Assembly (NCBI GenBank): GCA_946620645.1
Contig: CAMONN010000001.1
Coordinates: 1-54,966 of the forward strand
Reading direction: 5' to 3'
Source: an uncultured Clostridia bacterium
GTDB lineage: Bacteria; Bacillota; Clostridia; Oscillospirales; Oscillospiraceae
DNA: 54,966 nt
The position numbers and the translations under genes were made by a program. Position 1 is the stretch's first letter. Each line of letters begins with the position of its first letter. The notes beneath the pieces were generated by a model, which saw only the letters and a program-made list of their open reading frames with translations, searched no databases and was not told where the DNA came from. Below, piece after piece: positions 1-8,624 of the stretch.

Positions 1-231
1 GAACTGGCGGAGAAGTTCCGGGGCGTGGGCGCTATCGAAAAGGCCCATGAGGAGCGTTACCGGAAACTGCTGCAGAATGTGGAGGAGAAAACCGTTTTTG
101 AAAAGAGCGGCGTAAAAGTCTGGGAGTGCCGCAACTGCGGGCACCTGGTGGTCGGGACCAAGGCGCCGGAGGTCTGCCCGGTCTGCAATCACCCGCAGTC
201 TTACTTTGAGGTCCGGGAAGAGAATTACTGA
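1..231 (+). CDS. rbr: Rubrerythrin, C-terminal fragment (5' end lies outside the window)
   Basis: Frame 1 is open from base 1. EKAHEERYRKLL is the end of a ferritin-like four-helix domain. It is followed by a rubredoxin-like CxxC...CxxC motif (WECRNCGH...CPVCNHP). Confidence 0.85.
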   Translation, partial: ELAEKFRGVGAIEKAHEERYRKLLQNVEEKTVFEKSGVKVWECRNCGHLVVGTKAPEVCPVCNHPQSYFEVREENY

Positions 232-253
232 TAAACATACCGATGAAAAAACA

Positions 254-298
254 AACGGAGAGGACGGTCTGAGCGATCATCCTCTCCGTTATTTTGTT
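254..298. terminator. Bidirectional rho-independent terminator between convergent genes
   Basis: 11-bp perfect stem AACGGAGAGGA/TCCTCTCCGTT with a 15-nt loop, followed by ATTTTGTT. Confidence 0.6.
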
Positions 299-324
299 CG
301 GCCGGTCTCTCCGGGTCAGGAGGT

Positions 325-1923
325 TCAGATTCCGGCTTCCGCCTCGGGGGCGTCCTCTGATTCCGTCCCGGGGACGTCTTCCGCCTCGGCCTCGGGTACA
401 TCTTCAGGCAGGTCTTCGGTGTCTGCCCCGGAAGCTTCGCCGGGAGCGGATTCCTCCTCGGCCGCAAGAACCGTGAAGCTCAGAGGCACCTCGACGGTTT
501 CACCGCTCTCCAGGGTAAAGACCGCGGCGGCTTCATAAACACCGGCGGACAGTCCCTTTGCCGGGCGGATGCTCCACTTGTTGTCGTTGAGCCCGCCGGC
601 GGGGATGGTTTTGCCGGACTCTGAGCTGAGACTGAAGGCCTCGGCATCCTCCCCTTCCAGGGTGACGCCGGTAATCGTTACATCCTCATCACCCGGGTTC
701 TCGACCAGAATGGCCTGGGCGTAAGGCCGGAAGTAGCCTTCCTTCTGCTCGGCGAAGTCCGGAGTGGAGAAGCTCAGAAATGCGATCTGGAGATCGGCGA
801 CTTCACTGGGCTCCACACCATCAATGACCGCAACGGCCCTGATCTTGCAGCTTTCCGAAACCGGGAACGCGCCCTCGTAGAGGGTGCCCGTTTCAGCATC
901 CGGGACGCTGCCGTCCAGCGTGTAGTAGATGCTGCAGCCGGCGGGGCCGCTGAGTTCAACCGTCTTCTCCGATACAAAGGTGCCGCTTTCCGTGCCGAAA
1001 ACGGGGGCGTCGGCCTGAAGCGTCAGCGTCAGGGTGGCGTCGGCATCCACATGACTGAGATAAAGACTGCCGTCCTCATTGTCCCAGACAAGGGTTCCGG
1101 CGTCCGTCTCGGCGGATTTGAGGATGATGCCGGGATAGGGGCTGATGTGGCAGACCATGTTTTCACCGATCAGCATACTCTCAGCACCGGGCTCGGCAAA
1201 GATTCCGTCCACCAGGATGAAGGGCTCATAGTAATCGGCAAACTTCAGCTCATAGTAGTCGTAGACACGGCTGCTGCTGACAGCCTCGTCTTCGGAAAAG
1301 CTGAAAACCTCCGCACCGTTGGTGTAGATATCGCCGGCGTTGTTGTAGGCAAGACCTGTATTGGCGTAGACGATGCCGGCATTGTTATAGACCGTGCCGC
1401 CGTTATTGTAGACGGTACCGGCGTTGTTGTAGACAATGCCGCCGTTATTATAAACCGTGCCGCCATTATTGTAGACGGTTGTTCCCTCATAGGCGTAGAC
1501 AGACTCGCCCGCAGAGACGACAACAGGTTCCTCGCCCTCGACAGAGGCAGTGGTGCCGTTGGGTCCTACGACAACGGAATTGTTCTCCGGTCCCGGAACT
1601 GCACCCGTCCGGGCCTCGCTGTCCGGCTCAATCTGGGCAGCCAGCGCGGCTGCCGCTGCCAGCGCGTCGGGGGTCAGATCTTCGGGAGGGATGGGTTCGT
1701 CTCCGTCCCCGGCCGGCTGACTGAGAGCCTCGGCAGGCTCTTCCGCGGCGGCGGGGTCCTCCGGCTCATCCCCGGACTCCGCTGCCGGAGCCGCTTCCGC
1801 ATCCGTTTTGGGCAGGGTCCTCGCGGCGGCGATCCGGACACCGGGGGCGGCAAGTGCCGTCACGGGGAACAGACACAGCACCAGAGCCAGAACCATCAGG
1901 AGCGCAAGATACTTTCTTTTCAT
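325..1923 (-). CDS. Secreted surface protein with heptad xVYNNGG repeats, a chitobiase/Fn3-associated-like domain and an acidic tail
   Basis: N-terminal signal peptide MKRKYLALLMVLALVLCLFPVTALA. An acidic Pro/Ala linker follows. There are eight tandem 7-aa repeats. A YYTLDGSVP...YEGAF motif resembles the CHB_HEX_C-like domain. The SD GGAGGAAATTCTG lies upstream of the ATG. Confidence 0.75.
   Translation of the reverse strand: MKRKYLALLMVLALVLCLFPVTALAAPGVRIAAARTLPKTDAEAAPAAESGDEPEDPAAAEEPAEALSQPAGDGDEPIPPEDLTPDALAAAAALAAQIEPDSEARTGAVPGPENNSVVVGPNGTTASVEGEEPVVVSAGESVYAYEGTTVYNNGGTVYNNGGIVYNNAGTVYNNGGTVYNNAGIVYANTGLAYNNAGDIYTNGAEVFSFSEDEAVSSSRVYDYYELKFADYYEPFILVDGIFAEPGAESMLIGENMVCHISPYPGIILKSAETDAGTLVWDNEDGSLYLSHVDADATLTLTLQADAPVFGTESGTFVSEKTVELSGPAGCSIYYTLDGSVPDAETGTLYEGAFPVSESCKIRAVAVIDGVEPSEVADLQIAFLSFSTPDFAEQKEGYFRPYAQAILVENPGDEDVTITGVTLEGEDAEAFSLSSESGKTIPAGGLNDNKWSIRPAKGLSAGVYEAAAVFTLESGETVEVPLSFTVLAAEEESAPGEASGADTEDLPEDVPEAEAEDVPGTESEDAPEAEAGI
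1312..1482 (-). repeat. About eight tandem 21-nt coding repeats (TVYNNGG/IVYNNAG units)
   Basis: The plus strand shows a reiterated GCCGCCGTTATTGTAGACGGT-type unit. Translation gives TVYNNGG TVYNNGG IVYNNAG TVYNNGG TVYNNAG IVYANTG LAYNNAG DIYTNGA. Confidence 0.85.
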
Positions 1924-1963
1924 CAGAATTTCCTCCTTTCCTTGAGAATTCCAAGATGCAGTT

Positions 1964-1993
1964 ATTATAACCCTTTTCAGGAAAGACTGTAAA
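1964..1993 (-). promoter_or_regulatory. SigA-type promoter for the surface-protein gene
   Basis: On the minus strand: TTTACA, 18-nt spacer, TATAAT, about 40 nt upstream of the ATG at 1923. Confidence 0.45.
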
Positions 1994-2035
1994 GCGGAGA
2001 ATCAAAAGATTTGTAAAGTTTTTGCGGGGGAGCTG

Positions 2036-2938
2036 TCAGCGGGCGGCGGGCAGAACGGCCAGGCTGTCCTTCAGATGCCTGTGCAGGCGGCGGATCAGGA
2101 CGGAATCTTCATCTTCCCTGCGGCAGATCAGGTTCAGGGTGATGTTCATTTCCGGTATCAAAGAAACGGCTGCAACTCCGAAGTAGCCCGCGAAGGACCT
2201 GGGGCCCAGGGCATATCCCTTTTTGCGCTGAACCAGGGCCATGGCGGCGTTAATGTCATCCACCCGGAGAACCCTTGAGGGCTGAACGCCGCCCGCCTCG
2301 CACAACTGGCTCCGCTCAAGGTCATCCCCGGAACCGACCGGGCCGCTGACGACGGTTTTTCCGTCCAGAAAGCGGATCGGAAGACCCTGCTCCTGCCGGA
2401 GAGGGTCTTCAGGCGACATGAGAATGCACTGGGGCTCCGACAGCAGCGGGAAAAGGGCAACCCGGCGGGAGAGGCCGTCGGTCTGCCCGCTGTAAACGCG
2501 GCCGATGGCAATGTCCAGCCTGCCGGCGTCCACGGCTTCCGGATAGTTTTCACTCATGTCCGAGAAAACACTGAAACTCACCGCCGGATACCCGTCCAGA
2601 AAGTTCACGACCGGCTCAAAGAGACCGTTGGAACGGGCACGCAGGCCGAAGCCGATCCGGAATGACCGGTTGAAAGGGCTCTTCAGACGGCCGCAGCTCT
2701 GCTCGAAGGCGTCCCAGGCACGCAGGGCGGGTTCCGCCTCCTGGCAGAAGGCCGCACCGGAAGAGGTCAGCTCCGCGCCGCGGGGGGTACGCCGAAACAG
2801 CACAGTGCCCAGCTCCGCCTCCAGAGCGCGGACCTGCTCTGAAAGCGCGGGCTGGGAAATATAGAACCGCTCCGCCGCCCGGGTCATGCTCCCGCATTTT
2901 GCGGTTTCACAGACATATCGAACCTGATTGACTGTCAT
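2036..2938 (-). CDS. LysR-family transcriptional regulator
   Basis: N-terminal wHTH (VRYVCETAKCGSMTRAAERFYISQPALSEQVRALEAELG) followed by a substrate-binding-type C-terminal domain. I placed the start at the ATG at 2938, because the track's start at 2953 is a GTG without an SD. The gene is divergent from iorA. Confidence 0.85.
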   Translation of the reverse strand: MTVNQVRYVCETAKCGSMTRAAERFYISQPALSEQVRALEAELGTVLFRRTPRGAELTSSGAAFCQEAEPALRAWDAFEQSCGRLKSPFNRSFRIGFGLRARSNGLFEPVVNFLDGYPAVSFSVFSDMSENYPEAVDAGRLDIAIGRVYSGQTDGLSRRVALFPLLSEPQCILMSPEDPLRQEQGLPIRFLDGKTVVSGPVGSGDDLERSQLCEAGGVQPSRVLRVDDINAAMALVQRKKGYALGPRSFAGYFGVAAVSLIPEMNITLNLICRREDEDSVLIRRLHRHLKDSLAVLPAAR

Positions 2939-3121
2939 CCTGAAAGGCCTCACGATCTTTGAGCAATAGGTTTTGCTTATGCCGTCATCATAACATCCTA
3001 TTTCTTTTTTTTCAAGGGTTTCGGTAAAATTGGGACAAAGGCTGCGGCCGGTATGACCGCAAAGGACGCGCAGTTACAGCATACTGAAACAGAAGCTGAA
3101 TAACGAAAGGAAGCTGATGCT

Positions 3122-4873
3122 ATGACCAAACATCTGATGTCCGGCAATGAGGCCATCGCAAGAGGCGCATATGAAGCCGGAGTAAAAGTCTGTTCTGCCT
3201 ATCCCGGAACCCCCAGCACCGAAATTTTCGAATCCCTGCCGCAGTATCAGAGCGATCTGTACTGCGAGTGGGCGCCAAATGAGAAGGTTGCGACCGAGGT
3301 CGCCTACGGCGCCGCCATCGGCGGGGCCCGGAGCCTCTGCGCCATGAAGCACGTGGGGCTGAACGTCGCCGCGGACCCGATGTTCACCGCCGCCTACAAC
3401 GGGGTGAACCGGGGCTTTGTCATTGTGACGGCGGATGACCCGAGCATGCACTCCTCACAGAATGAACAGGACAACCGTTATTATGCGAAGTTTGCGAAGA
3501 TTGCCCTGATCGAACCCTCGGATTCCCAGGAATGCAAGGACTTTTTGAAGGAGGCCTACCGCATCTCGGAGCAGTTTGACATGCCGGTTCTCTACCGGAC
3601 CACCACGCGGGTCTCCCATTCCAAGAGCCTTGTCACCTTCGGCGAGAGGGAAGAGGCGGAGCCTTTCACCTATGAACGCAACAACCCCAAGTTCAACTGT
3701 TCCCCGGCCAATGCCTACCGGAACCATGCCAAGGTGGAAAAAAACCTGGCGGCACTGCGGGAGTATGCCAACACCTGCCCTATCAACCGGGTGGAGATGA
3801 AGGGCACGAAGATCGGCGTTATCTCGGCCTCCATCGCTTACCAGTACGCCAAGGACGTTTTTCCGGAGGACACCTCTTTCCTGAAGCTGGGCCTCACAAA
3901 TCCTCTGCCGATGGACCTGATCCGGGACTTTGCCGCGTCGGTGGAAAAGCTCTATGTCATCGAGGAGCTGGAGCCCTTCATGGAGGAGCAGATCAGGGCC
4001 GCCGGTATCGACTGCATCGGCAAGGAGCTGGTCAGCAACCTCTATGAGCTGAACCCCCAGCGTCTGAAAGAGATGCTCTTCGGAGAGAAGCCGGAGACAA
4101 AGGAGCTGCCGGTAAAGGCGGGCTCCCGACCGCCCACACTGTGCCCCGGATGCCCCCATCGAGGCTTCTTTTACACGCTGGGCCGGCAGAAGAACTGCGT
4201 CATCGCCGGGGATATCGGCTGCTATACTCTCGGGGCCAACGCGCCGCTGAATGCCACCGACACCTGCGTATGCATGGGAGGCGGTTTCACGATTGCCCAG
4301 GGCTTGTCGAAGGCCTTCGAAATGACCGGCCAGAAGAAAAAGATTTTCGGCGTGGTGGGAGACTCCACCTTCTTCCACAGCGGCATGACAGGGGCGGCGG
4401 AGATCATCTACAACAAGGGCAGGGTCATCCCCTGTGTGCTGGATAACCACATCACCGGCATGACCGGTCACCAGGATAATCCCGGCAGCGGCTACACCCT
4501 GCAGGGCGAGGTTGCGGACGCTATCAAGATTGAAGATGTGCTGCGGGCCTATGGTTATAAGAATGTGATCATCGTCGATCCTCAGGACCTCACCGCCATG
4601 CAGAAGGCTGTGGACGAGGCTCTGGCCTCCAAGGAACCCGCGGCCATCATCAGCCGCAGGCCCTGCCTGCTGATTAAACGGATGAAGCACGAAACCGGTT
4701 TGTGCGAGGTTGACACGGCGAAATGCATCGGCTGCCGCAAGTGCCTCTCGGTGGGCTGCCCCGCAGTCATGATCCGGGAGAAAAAATCCTTCATTGACCC
4801 GAACCAGTGCGTCGGCTGCACAGTGTGCGCGCAGGTCTGCCCGGTGGGCGCCATCAGCAGAAAGGAGCAGTAA
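3122..4873 (+). CDS. iorA: Indolepyruvate:ferredoxin oxidoreductase, alpha subunit
   Basis: N-terminus GNEAIARGAYEAGVKVCSAYPGTPSTEI. A TPP-binding GDSTFFHSG motif is present. The C-terminus carries two 4Fe-4S motifs (CIGCRKCLSVGCP and CVGCTVCAQVCP). Confidence 0.9.
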   Translation: MTKHLMSGNEAIARGAYEAGVKVCSAYPGTPSTEIFESLPQYQSDLYCEWAPNEKVATEVAYGAAIGGARSLCAMKHVGLNVAADPMFTAAYNGVNRGFVIVTADDPSMHSSQNEQDNRYYAKFAKIALIEPSDSQECKDFLKEAYRISEQFDMPVLYRTTTRVSHSKSLVTFGEREEAEPFTYERNNPKFNCSPANAYRNHAKVEKNLAALREYANTCPINRVEMKGTKIGVISASIAYQYAKDVFPEDTSFLKLGLTNPLPMDLIRDFAASVEKLYVIEELEPFMEEQIRAAGIDCIGKELVSNLYELNPQRLKEMLFGEKPETKELPVKAGSRPPTLCPGCPHRGFFYTLGRQKNCVIAGDIGCYTLGANAPLNATDTCVCMGGGFTIAQGLSKAFEMTGQKKKIFGVVGDSTFFHSGMTGAAEIIYNKGRVIPCVLDNHITGMTGHQDNPGSGYTLQGEVADAIKIEDVLRAYGYKNVIIVDPQDLTAMQKAVDEALASKEPAAIISRRPCLLIKRMKHETGLCEVDTAKCIGCRKCLSVGCPAVMIREKKSFIDPNQCVGCTVCAQVCPVGAISRKEQ

Positions 4874-4876
4874 GCC

Positions 4877-5452
4877 ATGAAAAGAAAAAGCGCGATCCTT
4901 GTGGGCGTCGGCGGCCAGGGAGCCATCCTGACGGCGAAGGTGCTGGTAAACGGACTGATGAAAGCCGGGTATGATGTGAAGATGTCAGAAGTCCATGGCA
5001 TGAGCCAGCGGGGAGGCAGCGTTTCCACCCAGGTCCACTGGGGTGAGAAGGTCTGGTCACCCGTCATCGGCAGCGGCGCCGCGGATCTGCTGGTAGCCTT
5101 CGAGAAAATGGAGGCGGTACGCTATGCCCACTTCCTGAAACCGGACGGAGTCGCCGTTATCAATGACTATGAGATTCCCTCCGCCACGGTCGCCGCAGGC
5201 ATCGAGACATACCCTGAAGGCTGCCTGGAGGCGATGAAGGCGAACTTTAAATGCCATACTCTGGATGCTGCCAGAATTGCGATGGATCTGGGCAGCGCCA
5301 AGTGCATGAACATCGTGCTCTTTGGCGCCATGACCAAAGCGCTGGATCTGGAGGAAATTGACTGGGAAGAAGTCATTCGGGAGACGGTGCCGGCCAAGTT
5401 CCTGGAGCTGAATCTGGCGGCATACCGGGCGGGACGCGCTGCGGCGGAATAA
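4877..5452 (+). CDS. iorB: Indolepyruvate:ferredoxin oxidoreductase, beta subunit
   Basis: LVGVGGQGAILTAKVL...HGMSQRGGSV is typical of the gamma-like domain of 2-oxoacid:ferredoxin oxidoreductases. The gene starts 3 nt after iorA ends. Confidence 0.85.
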   Translation: MKRKSAILVGVGGQGAILTAKVLVNGLMKAGYDVKMSEVHGMSQRGGSVSTQVHWGEKVWSPVIGSGAADLLVAFEKMEAVRYAHFLKPDGVAVINDYEIPSATVAAGIETYPEGCLEAMKANFKCHTLDAARIAMDLGSAKCMNIVLFGAMTKALDLEEIDWEEVIRETVPAKFLELNLAAYRAGRAAAE

Positions 5453-5479
5453 GCTGCGGCAGTAAAACGTTTTTTCTGA

Positions 5480-5508
5480 TTGACAAACCGGTCAAACAGC
5501 ATTATTAT
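5480..5508 (+). promoter_or_regulatory. SigA-type promoter upstream of the Dabb gene
   Basis: TTGACA, 17-nt spacer, TATTAT. The -35 element is part of the small palindrome TTGACaaaccgGTCAA. Confidence 0.45.
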
Positions 5509-5554
5509 TCACATATCGTTAACAATTTAATTTGAACCGGAGGGAGCTGATTTC

Positions 5555-5842
5555 ATGTATCATTATGTGCTGCTGAAGTTTGCGCCGGGAACAGACCTGG
5601 ATGCTGCGGAAGCGCGGGTTCGCAAGACCTATGAAGAACTCGATGAGGCACTGACCTTTCTGAATGAACCGAAGGTATACCGCTGCTGCATTGAGCGCGA
5701 TTCCAACGCCGACATTATGGCAAGGGTCCGTCTGGATGATGAGAGCTGCCTGCAGCCCTACCTGACCCACCCGCTGCATGTGCAGATGGCCCAGAGTTTC
5801 AAGGATATGCTGATCGGAAGAACATCCTTCGATCATCAATAA
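5555..5842 (+). CDS. Dabb (stress-responsive alpha/beta-barrel) domain protein
   Basis: 95 aa. The MYHYVLLKF start and the later HPLHV motif are typical of Dabb dimeric barrels. An SD GGAGGGAG lies upstream. Confidence 0.7.
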   Translation: MYHYVLLKFAPGTDLDAAEARVRKTYEELDEALTFLNEPKVYRCCIERDSNADIMARVRLDDESCLQPYLTHPLHVQMAQSFKDMLIGRTSFDHQ

Positions 5843-5873
5843 TATCAAGAGTAATAAAGGGAGGAAAACAAGT

Positions 5874-7007
5874 ATGGACAAGAAAAAAGGCATTTTTGCC
5901 GCAACGTACCTTGCTGTTGCGTCAGTCTGGCTGGGCGGTCACTTCGGGCCTGGCTTTGCCACCGGCGTGTTCAGCGTACAGTATTATGAGAAGTACGGCT
6001 GGTTCGGTCTGCTGATGCCGCTGCTGGCTATGCTCCTCACAGGCAGTGTCATGTTCTACATGGTGGAATATGCCCGCAGCCACGGCACCACGAACTACCG
6101 CTCCTTTGTCGAGTCCGCCTTCGGTGACGGCGTTCTCGCAAAAATCATGCCGATCTTCTATGATATTCTCTTCATCGGCACCGTTGTCGGTGCGGGCGGA
6201 CTTGCGATCCGCGGCGAGGCCACTATTCTCGGAAATCTCTTTCATTTAAGCTTCTGGGCCTCCGCAATCCCAACGATCATTGTCGCTGCACTGCTTTGCC
6301 TCTACGGCTCCAAGCTGGTAGCCAAATCCTCCAAGTACATGATGTACGCGATTGTCGTCATCGTGCTGCTTATCTTCATCCTGAGCTCCGTCTCCGGCAA
6401 GCCCGACTATGCTGCGGCCTTTGCTGCGCCCCCCATTGAGCAGAACAATACCATCCTCAACGCGATTTGGAAGGCGATCCTCTACGGCTGCTTCCAGTCC
6501 ACCATCGCCTTTAACGTGATGTCTGTTTCTGACCTGCTGGAGAGCAGAGCGGATACAAAGAAGGCGGTCATTTCCGGTTATATTGTCACTGTCGTTCTGA
6601 TGATCGTCATTGCCCTTACCATCTTTGGGTATATTCCTGTTAATCCCGACATCATCAACCTCGGCAAGAACTCCAATCCCATCATGGCCATTATCATGGG
6701 CCTGAAAATGCCCTGGCTGGTGTGGGCGTTCGCGATCCTTATGACCCTTGCCGTTCTGACCAGTGCCGCGGGTGTTGCCAACGCCGGCTGTGTCCGTTTC
6801 AGCAAGCTTTTCTCCTTCATCGGGAATGTCCAGCTTCGCCGCGCTGTGATAACTGCAATCCTTCTGGGCATCGCCGCCTTCGGCGCCTCGTTGGGTATGG
6901 GCGTTCTGACTCAGACTGTTACCAAGTACATCGGCTACGCAGGTATCCTGGGTCTGGTCATCCCGGCCTTTACCATTGTCCGCTCCAAGCTTAAGAAAGG
7001 CGAGTAA
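5874..7007 (+). CDS. Polytopic membrane transporter (YkvI-like / APC-superfamily fold); substrate unknown
   Basis: About 11 hydrophobic segments. The N-terminal GGHFGPGFATG motif resembles YkvI-type membrane proteins. The SD AGGGAGGAAAA lies upstream. Confidence 0.5.
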   Translation: MDKKKGIFAATYLAVASVWLGGHFGPGFATGVFSVQYYEKYGWFGLLMPLLAMLLTGSVMFYMVEYARSHGTTNYRSFVESAFGDGVLAKIMPIFYDILFIGTVVGAGGLAIRGEATILGNLFHLSFWASAIPTIIVAALLCLYGSKLVAKSSKYMMYAIVVIVLLIFILSSVSGKPDYAAAFAAPPIEQNNTILNAIWKAILYGCFQSTIAFNVMSVSDLLESRADTKKAVISGYIVTVVLMIVIALTIFGYIPVNPDIINLGKNSNPIMAIIMGLKMPWLVWAFAILMTLAVLTSAAGVANAGCVRFSKLFSFIGNVQLRRAVITAILLGIAAFGASLGMGVLTQTVTKYIGYAGILGLVIPAFTIVRSKLKKGE

Positions 7008-7045
7008 AAGCGGCTCCGGTACTTCCGAACAAGGTATAAAACAAG

Positions 7046-7081
7046 AACCTGCACAGCTTGATGGGCTGTGCAGGTTTTTTA
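7046..7081. terminator. Bidirectional rho-independent terminator
   Basis: 12-bp perfect stem AACCTGCACAGC/GCTGTGCAGGTT with a 7-nt loop and a T6 tail. It sits between the convergent transporter and CoA-transferase genes. Confidence 0.8.
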
Positions 7082-7093
7082 CGTGGAAAAGAA

Positions 7094-8416
7094 TCAGCGC
7101 TTGTTGTGGGGCAGCCAGATTTTCTGCGCTTCCGCCGCATGGATCAGCTCTTCCCTGAAATCCGGGTGAGCAATGGAGATGAGCGCCTCGGCCCGCTCCC
7201 AGCTGCTCTTTCCGGCGAGGTTCACCGCGCCGTACTCGGTAGCCATGAAGAAAACCTCGCTGCGGGGCGTTGTTACAATATCGCCCTCAAACTTCGGAAG
7301 AATGCGGGAGTGGCGCACGCCGTCCCTGTCCGTGAAGCTGGAGCTCATGCAGAGGAAGGAGAGCCCGCCCTTCGCGGCGGTTGCGCCGTTAACAAAGTCC
7401 AGCTGGCCGCCTGTGCCGCTGATTTGCCGGATGCCGATGCTCTCAGCGCATACCTGGCCGTACAGATCCGCCGCGAGACAGCCGTTGATGGAGAGCATAT
7501 TGTCATTCTGTGCGATGGTGGAAATCGCATTCACATAGTTCAGCGGGCAGCCGATCACATCCGGGTTACGATCCAGCCAGTCGTAAAACGGGCGGGAACC
7601 GGTTGCCAGGCCAAACACGCCGACACCGGGATGCAGCGTCTTAAGGCGGTTGGTGAGCTTTCCGGCCCGGTGCAGCGCCAGATATCCGTCGGAGGCAAGC
7701 TCCGTATGCATGCCGAGATCCTTCAGGTCGGATTCGGCGATCAGCTCTCCGATGGCGTTGGGAACGCCGCCGATGCCCAGCTGGACGGTCGCGCCGTCCC
7801 GGATATACGGAAAGACATGGGAGGCAATCTGACGCTCAAGCTCACTGGGCGGGGGAGTCGGCATCTCCCACAGAGGTACCGCCGGACCCTCGACCACAGC
7901 ATCCACGGCGGCGAGAGGAAGCTTGCAGGCCTCCCCGCTGATATGGGGCAGGGCGGGGTTCACCTCGACAATCAGATGTTTGGCGCAGTCGGCGATGGTG
8001 CGGGTTACTCCGACCATCCCGGACAGGTTGAAGTTGCCGTCCTCATCCATGGGGGCTACGGAGATCATCGCAACGTCAACGGACAGGAAGCTCCTGTAGT
8101 ACCAGTCCAGATTCCGGAAAACCATCGGTGTGAAGAAGGCGCGTCCGCGGTCACAGAGGCGCCGCTCATAGGCCGAGCAGTGCCAGGTGTTGTAGATAAA
8201 ATGATCCGCCTCCGGATCGCATTCGACGACGGCGAGGGGACCGCGCATCAGGTTTCCCTGTACCCGCACACCGTGCAGCTCCTCTTTCCGCTGTGCCAGC
8301 GCCGCATCCAGTGCGGCAGGGTAGGCGTTGTTGGTGCCGTAATCGACCCAGTCTCCGTTTTTAACCACCTTTACCGCTTCAGCAGCCGTACGCAGCTTCG
8401 CGCGGTATTCACTCAT
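7094..8416 (-). CDS. Acetyl-CoA hydrolase/transferase family enzyme, butyryl-CoA:acetate CoA-transferase (But)-like
   Basis: The N-terminus MSEYRAKLRTAAEAVKVVKNGDWVDYG...WHCSAYERR matches But / 4-hydroxybutyrate CoA-transferase enzymes by recall. I chose the start at the ATG at 8416, which has an upstream GGAGGA. The track's start at 8485 adds 23 residues that look non-native. Confidence 0.85.
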   Translation of the reverse strand: MSEYRAKLRTAAEAVKVVKNGDWVDYGTNNAYPAALDAALAQRKEELHGVRVQGNLMRGPLAVVECDPEADHFIYNTWHCSAYERRLCDRGRAFFTPMVFRNLDWYYRSFLSVDVAMISVAPMDEDGNFNLSGMVGVTRTIADCAKHLIVEVNPALPHISGEACKLPLAAVDAVVEGPAVPLWEMPTPPPSELERQIASHVFPYIRDGATVQLGIGGVPNAIGELIAESDLKDLGMHTELASDGYLALHRAGKLTNRLKTLHPGVGVFGLATGSRPFYDWLDRNPDVIGCPLNYVNAISTIAQNDNMLSINGCLAADLYGQVCAESIGIRQISGTGGQLDFVNGATAAKGGLSFLCMSSSFTDRDGVRHSRILPKFEGDIVTTPRSEVFFMATEYGAVNLAGKSSWERAEALISIAHPDFREELIHAAEAQKIWLPHNKR

Positions 8417-8490
8417 AAGGTTCAATCGATCCTCCGTTTCTGCCGCCCGGCATCCTGCAGCCTGCGGCAAAGAATGAATATGCATCTCCC

Positions 8491-8518
8491 ATTATATCGA
8501 AAAACCGGGAAAATTCAA
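8491..8518 (-). promoter_or_regulatory. SigA-type promoter for the CoA-transferase gene
   Basis: On the minus strand: GCGGTTGAAT, 16-nt spacer, TATAAT. Confidence 0.5.
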
Positions 8519-8541
8519 CCGCCGCATCTGTTCAAATGCGG

Positions 8542-8570
8542 TTGAAATACAACGGGGGCATTGGTATAAT
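8542..8570 (+). promoter_or_regulatory. SigA-type promoter for moaC
   Basis: GCGGTTGAAA, 17-nt spacer, TATAAT. It lies back-to-back with the divergent promoter at 8491-8518. Confidence 0.5.
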
Positions 8571-8624
8571 ACGGACAGAACAGGAAAAACCGCAGGCTTC
8601 AGGACGAGGGGGAATCCGGACAGA

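Noticed and set aside
2966-2980. Candidate LysR T-N11-A box (ATAGGTTTTGCTTAT) in the LysR/iorA divergent region.
   Set aside because: I did not list it as a feature. It is a single imperfect palindrome, and T-N11-A matches are frequent by chance. It is mentioned only within the ior finding.
7058-8545. 495-aa plus-strand ORF covering the whole CoA-transferase gene.
   Set aside because: It is antisense to a gene with clear family motifs. Its translation is Ala/Gly/Arg-rich and low-complexity with no recognisable domain. This is a typical high-GC shadow ORF.
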